A stretch of 64,000 nucleotides of DNA from contig JAKLGL010000002.1 in assembly GCA_022710645.1 (NCBI GenBank), positions 78,337-142,336 of the forward strand, given 5' to 3'. The notes beneath the pieces are model-generated. The model did not search any database, was not told the origin of the DNA, and was given only the letters and a program-made list of their open reading frames with translations. The position numbers and the translations under genes are program-made. Source of the DNA: Patescibacteria group bacterium. Its GTDB lineage: Bacteria > Patescibacteriota > Patescibacteriia > Magasanikbacterales > GWA2-37-8. Of the stretch, positions 46,783 through 57,166 are shown one piece after another (position 1 is the stretch's first letter; every line of letters begins with the position of its first letter).

Positions 46783-47577
46783 TTAAACAACTTCTTTGTT
46801 TTCATCCGGTCTCCTTGTAATTACTTCACACCCTTTTTCTGTAACAACCACTGTGTGTTCATAATGAGCGCAAACCGAATCGTCTATGGTATCTATGGAA
46901 AAACCGTCCGAACCGTCTTTCACTCTCCAATCACCTAGAGAAACCATAGGCTCTATAGCCAAAACCATTCCCGGTTTCAATTTGAAATTTTCCATTTTTC
47001 TATCGTAATAATTAGGCACCATCGGATCTTCATGAACTTTATGCCCGACTCCGTGCCCTACTAATTCTCTGATTATACCGTATTTTCCCTGACTGTTTAC
47101 ATACTTTTCAATAGCCTTACCTATATCCGCCACACTATTCCCCGGTTTAACCGCTTTTATTCCTTCTTCAAGAGATTGTTTTGTGACACGCATTAATTCT
47201 TTTATTTTTGGATTAACTTTTCCTATACATAGAGTAATCGCCGTATCGGTAAACAATCCGTCTTTTTCCATGCCGATATCAACGGTAAAAATATCTCCAT
47301 CTTTCAAAATGACTTTTTTTGAAGCTATAGCGTGAACTATTTGTTCATTTACACAAGCGCAAATAGTAGACGGAAAAGGAATGTCTCTGGGGTCGCTTTG
47401 ATAATTTTTAAACGCCGGTTTACCGCCTGCTTTTTTTATCATTTCTTCGGCTTTTTTATCTATTTCCAAAGTATTTTCTCCAACAATGCAAAATTGGCTC
47501 AAATCAGCTAAAATTTGGCCTAAAATTTTACCTCCTTTTTGTAATTTTTGTATCTCTTCTTTGCTTTTTATAAGCAT
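46783..47577 (-). CDS. map: Methionine aminopeptidase type I.
   Basis: Metal ligands D..D..H..E..E in the pita-bread fold, 264 aa. Confidence 0.9.
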   Translation of the reverse strand: MLIKSKEEIQKLQKGGKILGQILADLSQFCIVGENTLEIDKKAEEMIKKAGGKPAFKNYQSDPRDIPFPSTICACVNEQIVHAIASKKVILKDGDIFTVDIGMEKDGLFTDTAITLCIGKVNPKIKELMRVTKQSLEEGIKAVKPGNSVADIGKAIEKYVNSQGKYGIIRELVGHGVGHKVHEDPMVPNYYDRKMENFKLKPGMVLAIEPMVSLGDWRVKDGSDGFSIDTIDDSVCAHYEHTVVVTEKGCEVITRRPDENKEVV

Positions 47578-47580
47578 ATT

Positions 47581-48249
47581 TTAACCGTTTATTATTTCAT
47601 TTTCTACCAAAAGCGTAACTTCGTCAATACTTTTCATTCCATCAATAATTTTCAACATTTTTCGTTTACGATAAAAATCCAAAATCGGTTTTTGCGCTGT
47701 CGAACCTTGAGCTTTGATTCTTTTTTTGATAACAACCAAATTATCATCTTTTCTCAATTTTAATTTACCTCCGCATTTAGGACAAATTTTCAATTTAGCG
47801 GTAAGAGAAGTCCAAGGGATAATTTCATCGCATTTACCGCAAATACGTCTTTTGGTTAATCGATCAAAAGATTCCCGATTGGAAATTTTGATATCCAAAG
47901 TCAAAACTTCATCGCCTAAACCAAGTTTTTCAAAATGTTTTTGAAAAGCGCGAGCTTGTTTTACATTTCTAATGGCGCCGTCAAAAATAATACCTTTTGA
48001 TTTTTTTAAAATCAATTTGTCAGCTTCTGGAAAAACTATTTTATAAACCAGCCAATCCGGAACCAGGTGCCCTTTTTTCATAAACTCCAGAGCCTTTATC
48101 TCTTTTTTTGCCAAATCCTGTCGTTCGCTTAAGCGACGTAATAAAGCTCCCGTACTAATATGAACATAGCCGAATTCTTCCACCATTCTTTTGGCTTGAG
48201 TACCTTTTCCCGAACCCGGACTGCCTATAAAAATAATGATTTTTTTCAT
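47581..48249 (-). CDS. adk: Adenylate kinase with a Zn-lid.
   Basis: GSPGSGKGTQ P-loop. CGKCDEI...CPKCGG lid. Confidence 0.9.
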   Translation of the reverse strand: MKKIIIFIGSPGSGKGTQAKRMVEEFGYVHISTGALLRRLSERQDLAKKEIKALEFMKKGHLVPDWLVYKIVFPEADKLILKKSKGIIFDGAIRNVKQARAFQKHFEKLGLGDEVLTLDIKISNRESFDRLTKRRICGKCDEIIPWTSLTAKLKICPKCGGKLKLRKDDNLVVIKKRIKAQGSTAQKPILDFYRKRKMLKIIDGMKSIDEVTLLVENEIING

Positions 48250-48356
48250 GATTTTTAAATTATTTTTTACGTCGGTATTATAACAAAAACACCCTTTTTA
48301 TACAATTAACCCCGCTTTATTTTTGAAGCGGGGTTAATTTGAAAATATATTATTTT

Positions 48357-49634
48357 TTACAGATGATCGTATTGATGCATCGTAACTTGAGAATCTATTT
48401 GTTTGTAAGTTTCAATAGCCACCGCAACCACGATAAGCAGAGAAGTTCCACCGATAGTTAAATTGCGAGAACCGATAATAGCTTGCAATAGCAGAGGTAA
48501 AACCGCAATCAAACCCAAAAATGAAGCTCCGACCAAATTGATACGATTAACGGTTTTTTGCAGATACATTTCCGTTTCTTTACCCGGACGAATACCCGGA
48601 ACAAAACCGCCTTGTTTCTGTAGATTCTCGGCGATTTTTTGCGGATGAAAAACAACTGAAGTGTAAAAATAAGTAAAACCGAAAACCATCAAGAAATAAA
48701 CGATACCGTAAAAAGCTTGGTTCTGAAATAAACCGATAATAAAATAAGCAAAACTTTGCAACCATTCAGCTTTGGCATTTACGAAAAATTGAGCGATCAT
48801 CGGGGGTATCATTACCAAAGAAATGGCAAAAATTATCGGAATAACTCCGGCCATATTCACACGGAGCGGCAGATGAGTAGAAGACCCGCCATAAACTTTA
48901 TTACCATGCATTTGTTTAGCATAATTTACCGGAATTTGACGTTGACCTTCATTGATAAAAACCACACCAACAACTGTCAAAACAGCTAAACCGGCAAACA
49001 TTAACAATGTATACAAACTGCCAGAATTATAGTTTACAACAACGCTCCCCAAAGCCGTAGGCAAAGAAGAAACTATACCGGCAAAGATAAGCAAAGAAAT
49101 ACCGTTACCGACTTTGCGTTCTGAAATAAGTTCGCCGAGCCAAACCAAAAACATGGTTCCCGCGGTAATACCGCACATCATTATCATCATATCAAATCCT
49201 GAAAAATCAGCCGGTAAAATGGAACGAGCGGAATTACTCAATAATTTGATCATGGCGTAAGACTGTAAAAAAGCCAAAGGTACGGTTAACCAACGAGTAT
49301 ACATGTTAATTTTTTGACGACCGCCTTCTCCTTCTTTGCTCATTTCTTCCAATTTCGGAACAATCATAGTCAATAATTGAAAGATAATGGAAGAAGTGAT
49401 GTAAGGAGCCACACCGAGCATTACAAGCGAAAAATTCTTTACTGTACCTCCGGCAAATACGTCCAACAATTGAAACATTTGTTGTCCGGCAAGAAAATCA
49501 CGCAAACTGCGGACATCAACTCCCGGAACCGGAATATGCGCTACCAAACGAAAGACGACCAATAATCCCAAAACCGCCAAAATATTATTGCGAACATCTT
49601 TGATTTTCCAAATTTTTTGAAAGGTTTCCCACAT
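48357..49634 (-). CDS. secY: Preprotein translocase SecY.
   Basis: Ten TM segments, 425 aa, in the conserved position after rplO. Confidence 0.9.
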   Translation of the reverse strand: MWETFQKIWKIKDVRNNILAVLGLLVVFRLVAHIPVPGVDVRSLRDFLAGQQMFQLLDVFAGGTVKNFSLVMLGVAPYITSSIIFQLLTMIVPKLEEMSKEGEGGRQKINMYTRWLTVPLAFLQSYAMIKLLSNSARSILPADFSGFDMMIMMCGITAGTMFLVWLGELISERKVGNGISLLIFAGIVSSLPTALGSVVVNYNSGSLYTLLMFAGLAVLTVVGVVFINEGQRQIPVNYAKQMHGNKVYGGSSTHLPLRVNMAGVIPIIFAISLVMIPPMIAQFFVNAKAEWLQSFAYFIIGLFQNQAFYGIVYFLMVFGFTYFYTSVVFHPQKIAENLQKQGGFVPGIRPGKETEMYLQKTVNRINLVGASFLGLIAVLPLLLQAIIGSRNLTIGGTSLLIVVAVAIETYKQIDSQVTMHQYDHL

Positions 49635-49672
49635 AGGGTTTGAAAATTATAACCTTAAATTAAAACCTTGTT

Positions 49673-50113
49673 TTATTTAATTTCACCGCCTAAATTTTTA
49701 ACAATTTCCGCGGCTGTAGACGTAAATTTAATTCCTTCAAAAACTAACTTTTTGGTTAGTTTGCCGGTGTTTACGATTTTTACATTTTTAACAGTATCTT
49801 TGATAAGATTTTTTTCCATCAACGAAGCTATGTTAACTTTATCTCCGTTTTGAAATTTCTTTTCCAAAGTTTCAAAAGTCAAAGTTTCCGGTTTTACTTC
49901 CAAAGAATTAAAACCTCTTAATTTCGGAGTGGATTGCATCAAACGACGAAAAGCTTTTTGACGTAAGCGATGGGCTCCGCCGGATCTGGCAGTTTGTCCT
50001 TTTCCGCCGCGAGTAGCAGAAGTACCGTGTCCGGAAGCGTTACCGCGACCGACTACTTTGCCTTTCTTGTTTGAACCGCGAGCCGGTTTTAAAGTATGAA
50101 TGTTCAATTTCAT
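49673..50113 (-). CDS. rplO: 50S ribosomal protein L15.
   Basis: KPARGSNKKGKVVGRGNASGHG. Confidence 0.9.
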   Translation of the reverse strand: MKLNIHTLKPARGSNKKGKVVGRGNASGHGTSATRGGKGQTARSGGAHRLRQKAFRRLMQSTPKLRGFNSLEVKPETLTFETLEKKFQNGDKVNIASLMEKNLIKDTVKNVKIVNTGKLTKKLVFEGIKFTSTAAEIVKNLGGEIK

Positions 50114-50117
50114 AAAA

Positions 50118-50744
50118 TTATTCTTTATTGCCTTTTTTAGTTTCTTTTTTTACCGGCTTGGCTGGAGTGAATTTTACTTCTGCTTTCTGAACAACAGCCG
50201 GTTCGACTGAAACTTTTTTATTTTGTTCTTTTTCTTTTATTTTTGCCATCACATCATAGCGTCCATTTTTGCTTTTGAAAGATTGTAGTGCGGCAAAAGT
50301 TGCTTGAACGATAGCGATTTTGTTTTTGGTACGACCCAATATTTTAGAAGATACATTAGGAACTCCGGCCAATTCCAAAACAGCGCGAACCGCACCACCA
50401 GCGATAATACCGGAACCTTTTGGGGCCGGTTTGAGCATTATTACGGCAGCGTTGGCTTTAGAGATAACTGGATGAGGAATAGTATCGTTTACTATCGGCA
50501 CATTGATAATGTGTTTTTTTGCTTGACGAACGGCTTTTTCTACACCATATTGTACATCCTTTCCTTTGGACAAACCAAAACCGACTCTACCTTTACGATC
50601 TCCCAAAATAACACAAGCGCGAAAGCTAAGATGTTTTCCGCCTTCGGTAACGCGAGTAACGCGAGCTAAGTCCAAAATATATTGGTCAAACTCTTTCTTT
50701 TCCTCGCGAGGACGGTTGTCTTTTTTGCGATTATTTTTATTCAT
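50118..50744 (-). CDS. rpsE: 30S ribosomal protein S5 with a Lys-rich C-terminal extension. It is directly followed by rplO, with no L30 gene between them.
   Basis: S5 dsRBD core. Only a 4-nt gap to rplO. Confidence 0.9.
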   Translation of the reverse strand: MNKNNRKKDNRPREEKKEFDQYILDLARVTRVTEGGKHLSFRACVILGDRKGRVGFGLSKGKDVQYGVEKAVRQAKKHIINVPIVNDTIPHPVISKANAAVIMLKPAPKGSGIIAGGAVRAVLELAGVPNVSSKILGRTKNKIAIVQATFAALQSFKSKNGRYDVMAKIKEKEQNKKVSVEPAVVQKAEVKFTPAKPVKKETKKGNKE

Positions 50745-50759
50745 ATGGAAAAATATTTA

Positions 50760-51134
50760 TTAAAATTGTAAACCGCCCGCTCTGGCTCCGTCTGCGGCTG
50801 CAGCGACACGTCCGTGATAACGATAACCGCCTCTATCGAAAATAGCTTTGGAAACACCTTTAGCTTTCGCCAATTCGGCCAATTTTTGACCGGCCAAAAA
50901 AGCTACGGCCACTTTAGCCTCTTTACCTTCAACTTTAGACGGTTTAATTTCCGCGGAATTTACAAAACATAAAGTTATCCCTTTGGAATCATCGACTAAT
51001 TGTAAGGTGATATTTTTTAAGCTGCGAAAAACCGACAAGCGAGGAGTTTCGGAAGTTCCAATAACTCTGGCGCGAACACGTTGATGTCGCACTTGTCTCA
51101 AATTATTTTTAGCTTTTGAAAAATTTCTTTTCAT
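50760..51134 (-). CDS. rplR: 50S ribosomal protein L18.
   Basis: Position in the cluster and composition. Confidence 0.85.
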   Translation of the reverse strand: MKRNFSKAKNNLRQVRHQRVRARVIGTSETPRLSVFRSLKNITLQLVDDSKGITLCFVNSAEIKPSKVEGKEAKVAVAFLAGQKLAELAKAKGVSKAIFDRGGYRYHGRVAAAADGARAGGLQF

Positions 51135-51157
51135 AACGGTAATTATTAAGCTATATA

Positions 51158-51706
51158 TTATTTAGCGGTTTTGGCCGCAGTTTTACCGGCTTTTCGTTGG
51201 ATAACTTCATCAACATATTTGATGCCTTTTCCTTTATAAGGTTCCGGTTTTCTTATCTTGCGGATTTGCGCCGCGGTTTCGCCGACCAAATGTTTATCAA
51301 TACCTTCTATGGTAATAAGGTTTTTTTCAACTTTAAAAGAAATTCCTTCCGGAGCCGCAAACACAACAGGGTGAGAATAACCAACTTCCAAAGCCAAATC
51401 TTTTCCTTTCATAGCAACTTTAAAACCTACGCCATTGATTTCCAATTCTTTTTTAAAACCATTAGTTACTCCTTCCAATAAATTTTCCAATAAACTGGAG
51501 AATGTTCCCCACAAAGCGCGATCTTTTTTATCGGTTTCATCAACAACGCTCACTGTCAACGAGCCATCTTGTTGAGCTACGGTTACACGCGGATGCAAAG
51601 CCAAGCTAAGTTTACCTTTCGGACCGTTAACTATCAAATTGCCGTTTTTTATTTCCACGGTTACGCCGGAAGGAATTTTTCGAATTATTTTACCTACACG
51701 AGACAT
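51158..51706 (-). CDS. rplF: 50S ribosomal protein L6.
   Basis: MSRVGKIIRKIPSGVTVEI... Confidence 0.9.
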   Translation of the reverse strand: MSRVGKIIRKIPSGVTVEIKNGNLIVNGPKGKLSLALHPRVTVAQQDGSLTVSVVDETDKKDRALWGTFSSLLENLLEGVTNGFKKELEINGVGFKVAMKGKDLALEVGYSHPVVFAAPEGISFKVEKNLITIEGIDKHLVGETAAQIRKIRKPEPYKGKGIKYVDEVIQRKAGKTAAKTAK

Positions 51707-51732
51707 ATAATTATAAAATTAAGATGTGGAAA

Positions 51733-52122
51733 TTAATAAACTTCGCAAATAACTTCACCGCCGACTTTTTCTCGGGAAGCTTCCCAGTTGGTCATAATTC
51801 CTTGCGGAGTAGACAATATAGCGATACCGAAACCGTTAAGCACCTTGCCGATTTCGCCGCTTTTAACATAACGTCTTTGTCCCGGTTTACTCACACGCTT
51901 AAGCGAATGAATCATCGGTTCGCGACCTTCGTATTTCAAAGAAATAACCAATTGAGGAATTTTATCTTTGGTCTTTTCCACTTTTTCCAAATAACCCTCT
52001 TTTGCGAGAGTTTGTGCAATCGCCATTTTAAGTTTTGAATAAGAAACCGTAACTTCGTGTTTTCTCACCATGGAAGCGTTGCGGATTCTAGTCAGCATAT
52101 CGGCGATAGGATCAGTCATCAT
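51733..52122 (-). CDS. rpsH: 30S ribosomal protein S8.
   Basis: MMTDPIADMLTRIRNA. Confidence 0.9.
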   Translation of the reverse strand: MMTDPIADMLTRIRNASMVRKHEVTVSYSKLKMAIAQTLAKEGYLEKVEKTKDKIPQLVISLKYEGREPMIHSLKRVSKPGQRRYVKSGEIGKVLNGFGIAILSTPQGIMTNWEASREKVGGEVICEVY

Positions 52123-52166
52123 AAAGCTTTTTGTTAAAAATATTTAAATAAATCGCAAATTAAAAT

Positions 52167-52352
52167 TTACCAACTTGATTTGCGAACGCCCGGAATCTTG
52201 CCATCGTTGGCTAATTCGCGAAAACAAATACGGCATAAACCGAATTTGCGAAAAAAACCGTGCTGACGACCGCATTTCCAGCAACGACGCACTATCCTAG
52301 TGCTAAATTTTGGTTTGCGATTTGATTTTGCTATTTGATTTTGAGTAGCCAT
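52167..52352 (-). CDS. rpsZ: 30S ribosomal protein S14, type Z (zinc-binding).
   Basis: 61 aa, with [20 protein letters not shown]. Confidence 0.9.
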   Translation of the reverse strand: MATQNQIAKSNRKPKFSTRIVRRCWKCGRQHGFFRKFGLCRICFRELANDGKIPGVRKSSW

Positions 52353-52362
52353 AAGGGTTTAA

Positions 52363-52908
52363 TTATTTGGTGATAAAAGGAAAACCCAAAAGAGCCAACA
52401 AGGATCTGCCTTCTTCCTTGCTTTTAGCCGTGGTATTCACGGTTATTTCCAAGCCGTGGGTTTTATCGATTTCGGTTTGTTTAATTTCCGGAAAAGCCGA
52501 CAATTCTTTCAAGCCGAAATTATAATTTCCTTGACGATCAAAAGATTTATCGGAAATACCGCGAAAATCACGCACGCGAGGAAAAGTGATACTCAACAAT
52601 TTTTCCAAAAAATAATACATTCTCGGACCGCGTAGAGTCACTACAGCTCCGATTTCCATCCCTTCTCTGATTTTAAAGTTAGAAATGGATTTTTTGGATT
52701 TTGTGCGAACGGGTTTTTGACCGGAAATTTTAGTTAAGTTTTTTTCCACCAATTCGGCGAAATTTCCTTCTTTCAAAAAGCGACCATAGCCGACATTTAA
52801 GACGACTTTGGTAATTTTCGGCACTTGCATAACGCTTTTATAACCAAACTCTTTCATCAAGGCCGGAACCACTTCTTTTTTGTATTTTTGATATAAAATA
52901 GGAGTCAT
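52363..52908 (-). CDS. rplE: 50S ribosomal protein L5. Start set at the internal Met, which removes the overlap with rplX.
   Basis: MTPILYQKYKKEVVP... The track ORF carries an N-terminal extension overlapping L24. Confidence 0.85.
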   Translation of the reverse strand: MTPILYQKYKKEVVPALMKEFGYKSVMQVPKITKVVLNVGYGRFLKEGNFAELVEKNLTKISGQKPVRTKSKKSISNFKIREGMEIGAVVTLRGPRMYYFLEKLLSITFPRVRDFRGISDKSFDRQGNYNFGLKELSAFPEIKQTEIDKTHGLEITVNTTAKSKEEGRSLLALLGFPFITK

Positions 52909-52912
52909 ATTT

Positions 52913-53221
52913 TTAATCGATAAACTGTTTGCATTTTTTACAAACACGCTTTTTGACATCAGCTTCTTCTTTGGCGGCGACACGCACGGCTAATCCGCAT
53001 TTCGGACAAATAACTTTGGCGTTACTAGCGTTAAGCGGAGCCGGTAATTCTATAATTTGACCTTTTTCGCCTTGTTTTCTGGCGCGTAAATGTTTTTTAA
53101 GTAAATTCACACCTTCGACCACGATTTTGTTTTCTTTTTTGAAAACTTGGATAACTTTTCCTTCTTTACCGCGATCTTTACCGGCGATAATTTTTACTTT
53201 GTCATTGGTTTTTATATTCAT
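52913..53221 (-). CDS. rplX: 50S ribosomal protein L24 with a C-terminal CxxC...CxxC extension.
   Basis: KOW motif at the N-terminus. C-terminal CPKCG...CKKC. Confidence 0.85.
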   Translation of the reverse strand: MNIKTNDKVKIIAGKDRGKEGKVIQVFKKENKIVVEGVNLLKKHLRARKQGEKGQIIELPAPLNASNAKVICPKCGLAVRVAAKEEADVKKRVCKKCKQFID

Positions 53222-53246
53222 ATTTTTAAAATCAAATTTCTTTTCT

Positions 53247-53618
53247 TTATAAAACTTCCGGAGCCAAAGAAATAATCTTCTGAAAACCTTTGACGCGCAA
53301 TTCGCGAGCGATAGGTCCGAAAATACGAGTGCCTTTCGGTTCTTTGTTTTTTCTGTCTACTATGACGGCGGCGTTTTCATCAAAACGAATGTAAGTTCCA
53401 TCTCCTCTTCTGGTTTCTTTGCAAATACGCACCAAAACCGCATGAACTACTTCGCCTTTTTTAACCAAACCTCTCGGAGCGGCTTCTTTGACGGAACAAG
53501 TGACAATATCGCCTAAACGAGCATAACGTTTTTTATAACCGCCCAGCACGCGAAGACATTGTAATTTTTTGGCTCCGGAGTTATCAGCCACCACCAACAT
53601 TGAACGATGTTGAATCAT
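53247..53618 (-). CDS. rplN: 50S ribosomal protein L14.
   Basis: [18 protein letters not shown]. Confidence 0.9.
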   Translation of the reverse strand: MIQHRSMLVVADNSGAKKLQCLRVLGGYKKRYARLGDIVTCSVKEAAPRGLVKKGEVVHAVLVRICKETRRGDGTYIRFDENAAVIVDRKNKEPKGTRIFGPIARELRVKGFQKIISLAPEVL

Positions 53619-53630
53619 ATATTTCAAAAA

Positions 53631-53900
53631 TTATTTTTGCTCTTTAATCACCGCTGCCAAACGCCATCTTTTGGTTTTGGATAACGGACGACATTCCACG
53701 AATTTGACGGTATCGCCGACTTTAGCGATTTTCTTTTCATCGTGAATGTGAAATTTTTCGGAAACGCGATACGATTTTTTGTATTTCGGATGCATTTTCA
53801 AAGCGTCGACTTTGACCACCGCGGTTTTTTCCATCGCTGCGGAAACAACCTGACCGATGAAAGAGCGCATGCTCTTGCTTTTTGTTTGTTTCTTTTCCAT
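53631..53900 (-). CDS. rpsQ: 30S ribosomal protein S17.
   Basis: Position and OB-fold pattern. Confidence 0.85.
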   Translation of the reverse strand: MEKKQTKSKSMRSFIGQVVSAAMEKTAVVKVDALKMHPKYKKSYRVSEKFHIHDEKKIAKVGDTVKFVECRPLSKTKRWRLAAVIKEQK

Positions 53901-53909
53901 ACGATTTTA

Positions 53910-54113
53910 TTATTTATTTAAACTGCGCAATTTCAGTTCGGTTTGAATGCGCGCAATGGTTTTTTTTGTTTCCGAAATTTTGCTATTTTGTTTCAAACTT
54001 TGAGCACTGACTTTAAAACGTAAAACTCGTAATTCTTCTTTCAAGTCCGCGGAAATTTTTTCCAATTCTTCGGAAGTTTTAATTTTGATATCTTTAAAAT
54101 CCATATTTTTCAA
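53910..54113 (-). CDS. rpmC: 50S ribosomal protein L29.
   Basis: 67 aa, helical, in the cluster position. Confidence 0.8.
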   Translation of the reverse strand: MKNMDFKDIKIKTSEELEKISADLKEELRVLRFKVSAQSLKQNSKISETKKTIARIQTELKLRSLNK

Positions 54114-54117
54114 ATTA

Positions 54118-54528
54118 TTATTTCACAATCATGCGAGTTTTAACCCCTAATTTATGACCACCCAAAGTCATGGCTTCGGTCGCCGATTCTTTGGTAATAC
54201 CGCCCATTTCAAAAATAATGGTGCCAGGTTTTACTACGGCCACATAATGATCCGGAGATCCTTTTCCTCCACCCATCGGAGTTTCATTGCCTTTTTGAGT
54301 AACCGGTTTATCGGGAAAAATACGAATCCAAATCTTACCACCGCGACGTACATAACGAGTCAATACGCGTCTGGCAGCTTCAATTTGACGGGAAGTAATC
54401 CAGCCGAAATCTTCGGATTTTAAACCGAAATCTCCGAAAGCCAAAGTGGTCAAACGAGTCGCTACGCCTTTTTGGCGGCTGCGACCTTTTTGCCATTTGC
54501 GATGCAATACTTTTTTAGGTAACAACAT
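54118..54528 (-). CDS. rplP: 50S ribosomal protein L16.
   Basis: [16 protein letters not shown]. Confidence 0.9.
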   Translation of the reverse strand: MLLPKKVLHRKWQKGRSRQKGVATRLTTLAFGDFGLKSEDFGWITSRQIEAARRVLTRYVRRGGKIWIRIFPDKPVTQKGNETPMGGGKGSPDHYVAVVKPGTIIFEMGGITKESATEAMTLGGHKLGVKTRMIVK

Positions 54529-54541
54529 ATATTTGTTTTAA

Positions 54542-55216
54542 TTATTTCTTTTCTTCCCTTTTTTCAAATTTATCTCGACGTCCGAAAGCTTCTCCGTAAT
54601 AAATCCAAACTTTAACGCCGATTTTTCCATAAATAGTGTGGGCTTCGGCAAAAGCGTAATCAACATCGGAACGTAAGGTAATAAGCGACATTTTACCGGC
54701 GGAAAGATTTTCGCGACGAGCTATTTCCACGCCGTTCAAACGACCGGCCATATTGATCTTTACTCCTTTAGCTCCTGCTGCCATCACTTTTTCAAGTACT
54801 TGTTTCATGATACGACGGAAAGGAATACGTTTTTCTATCTCAGCCACCGCTCCTTGAGCGACGACTTGAGCGGAAAGAGCCGGTTGTTTTACCGGTAAAA
54901 CATTGATTTTTACTTTCAATTTATATCCCAAATATTTTTTTTCTATTTCTTTGCGGATATCTTCCAATCCTTGACCGCTACGACCGATAACTACGCCCGG
55001 TTTAGCAGCTAAAACAGTAATGGTCATTTCTTTCGGAGTTCTTTCCAAACAAATAGAATCAATTCCGGCTTCTTTTAATTTTTTATTCAAAAAAGCTCGT
55101 ATATTAACTTCTTGTTTCAAAAACAATGAAAGTTGGTCTTTTTTTCCAAACCATCTGGAATCCCAAGCATAAATATTGGGAATGCGATAAATTTTCGGAT
55201 GTACTTTGTGTCCCAT
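54542..55216 (-). CDS. rpsC: 30S ribosomal protein S3.
   Basis: MGHKVHPKIYR plus KH domain. Confidence 0.9.
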   Translation of the reverse strand: MGHKVHPKIYRIPNIYAWDSRWFGKKDQLSLFLKQEVNIRAFLNKKLKEAGIDSICLERTPKEMTITVLAAKPGVVIGRSGQGLEDIRKEIEKKYLGYKLKVKINVLPVKQPALSAQVVAQGAVAEIEKRIPFRRIMKQVLEKVMAAGAKGVKINMAGRLNGVEIARRENLSAGKMSLITLRSDVDYAFAEAHTIYGKIGVKVWIYYGEAFGRRDKFEKREEKK

Positions 55217-55227
55217 AGGTTTTAAAA

Positions 55228-55608
55228 TTATTTTTTAGCTTTTCCGCTAGTGGCGGATTTTTCGCGTTTTTCAACTGTTTTCAAAATCATCGTCACGTGA
55301 GATGTTCTTTGTCTTATCGGAGTCGCTCGACCGTGCGCTTTCGGCATCCAACGTTTTAGCATCGGACCTCCGTCTACGGTGATATTTTTGATAAACAAGG
55401 TCTCTTCGTCCAATTTAAAATTATTTTTAGCGTTAGCAATAGCGGAATTTAATAATTTCAAAATCGGCAAAGCCGCTCTTTTGTTGGTAAGAGTGAGAAT
55501 ATCGCGAGCGCGCAAAGCTTTACGTCCTTTTACCAAATCGGTAATCAAACGAACTTTTCGCGGCCCCATTCTCAAAAATCTTAATTTTGCAATAACTTCC
55601 TGGTTCAT
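55228..55608 (-). CDS. rplV: 50S ribosomal protein L22.
   Basis: Cluster position and motif. Confidence 0.85.
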   Translation of the reverse strand: MNQEVIAKLRFLRMGPRKVRLITDLVKGRKALRARDILTLTNKRAALPILKLLNSAIANAKNNFKLDEETLFIKNITVDGGPMLKRWMPKAHGRATPIRQRTSHVTMILKTVEKREKSATSGKAKK

Positions 55609-55616
55609 ATGTTTAA

Positions 55617-55946
55617 TTATTTTTTAGCTGCCGGAGCTGCTGCCGGAGCGGCGGAGGCATTAGCGGCCGCTTCTTGTTCTTTGGCCATCTTACCGCCGTG
55701 GCGAATAAATTTCTTGGTCGGAGCGAATTCTCCCAAACGATGACCTACCATATTTTCTTCCACAAAAACATTCAAAAAATCTTTACCGTTGTGGACCAAA
55801 AATGTCGTTCCCACCATTTCCGGAGAAATGACGCAAGCGCGAGACCATGTTTTGATAGGTTGACGCTTTCCGCTATCTTTCATCGTCAACACTTTTTTCA
55901 TAATTCGCGGATCGACGTAAAGTCCTTTTTTTAAACTTCTAGACAT
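55617..55946 (-). CDS. rpsS: 30S ribosomal protein S19 with an Ala-rich C-terminal tail.
   Basis: [12 protein letters not shown]. Confidence 0.9.
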   Translation of the reverse strand: MSRSLKKGLYVDPRIMKKVLTMKDSGKRQPIKTWSRACVISPEMVGTTFLVHNGKDFLNVFVEENMVGHRLGEFAPTKKFIRHGGKMAKEQEAAANASAAPAAAPAAKK

Positions 55947-55958
55947 ATTGATTACTTA

Positions 55959-56804
55959 TTAAGCGGTTTTTTTAACGCGTCTTTTAATAATAAATTTTTC
56001 ACTCCATTTTCCTGGTTTTCGGGTTTTTACACCACGGGCTTTTTGACCGTAAACAGTCATCGGACCTCTCTTTTGACCTATCGGAGAATGTCCCTCACCA
56101 CCACCATGCGGATGGTCTACCGGATTCATATTTTTACCTTTAACTCTAGGTTTGATTCCACGATGACGCATGCGACCAGCTTTACCCCAACGGATAAGAC
56201 GACGATCGGCATTACTTAGCATACCGATGGAAGCCATACCTTCTTTACGAACTTTTCTGATTTCTCCTGAAGGAAGTTTAATTAAAGCGAAATCTCCTTC
56301 AACACCAACCAACTGAGCTGACATACCGGCACCACGGACCAACTGTCCGCCTTTACCTGGAGTAACTTCAACATTATAAATGAAAAGACCTATCGGAATC
56401 TGAAAAAGAGGCATACGATTGCCGTTTTTGGCTTCTACTAAGTTTTTGGAAGAAACCACTTTATCTCCGACTTTCAATCCAGCAGGAGCCAAAACGTAAG
56501 ATTTTACATTATCAGCATATTTAATCAAAGCTATACGCGGGCCTCGATTCGGATCGTATTCAATAGCCAAAACTTCAGCCGGAATATCAAACTTTTCTTG
56601 TCTGAAATCAACCAAACGATAAAGTTTTTTCGCGCCACCGGCTTGATGACGAACAGTAATAACACCCTGGTTATTGCGACCTGCTTTTTGACGCAAAATT
56701 GTTACCAAGGATTTTTCCGGATTTTTCTTTGTCACATCGGAAAAAGAATCTACGCTGCTGATACGGCGTCCCGGAGTGGTAGGTTTGTAAACTTTAATAG
56801 GCAT
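55959..56804 (-). CDS. rplB: 50S ribosomal protein L2.
   Basis: GGGEGHSPIG-like C-terminus. Confidence 0.9.
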   Translation of the reverse strand: MPIKVYKPTTPGRRISSVDSFSDVTKKNPEKSLVTILRQKAGRNNQGVITVRHQAGGAKKLYRLVDFRQEKFDIPAEVLAIEYDPNRGPRIALIKYADNVKSYVLAPAGLKVGDKVVSSKNLVEAKNGNRMPLFQIPIGLFIYNVEVTPGKGGQLVRGAGMSAQLVGVEGDFALIKLPSGEIRKVRKEGMASIGMLSNADRRLIRWGKAGRMRHRGIKPRVKGKNMNPVDHPHGGGEGHSPIGQKRGPMTVYGQKARGVKTRKPGKWSEKFIIKRRVKKTA

Positions 56805-56831
56805 ACTTTTTATATTTTATTTCGTGAGCGA

Positions 56832-57146
56832 TTAAACACCTTCATGAGTAATAGTTTGTCCGGAAGCCAATGTAACAATAGCTTTTTTCGTATCACTTCT
56901 TTTTCCGGTAACGCGTCCGCGAGAAACAAATTTTCCTTGAACGTTTATCATGTTAACCGCTATCGGTTTTACATTATAAATTTCTTCAACCGCTTTTTTA
57001 ACTTCATTTTTTGTCGCTGTGCGATTGACCAAAAAACCGTATTTATTTTTACCCGCCTCAATAGCCATTTTTTCGGTTACGAGAGGGCGTAAAATAATTT
57101 TATAGGCCTTTTTGGTTTTATTTTCTTTTTTGATTTCGCTTGTCAT
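56832..57146 (-). CDS. rplW: 50S ribosomal protein L23.
   Basis: Cluster position. Confidence 0.85.
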   Translation of the reverse strand: MTSEIKKENKTKKAYKIILRPLVTEKMAIEAGKNKYGFLVNRTATKNEVKKAVEEIYNVKPIAVNMINVQGKFVSRGRVTGKRSDTKKAIVTLASGQTITHEGV

Positions 57147-57166
57147 ATATTTCTTTATTGATGATT

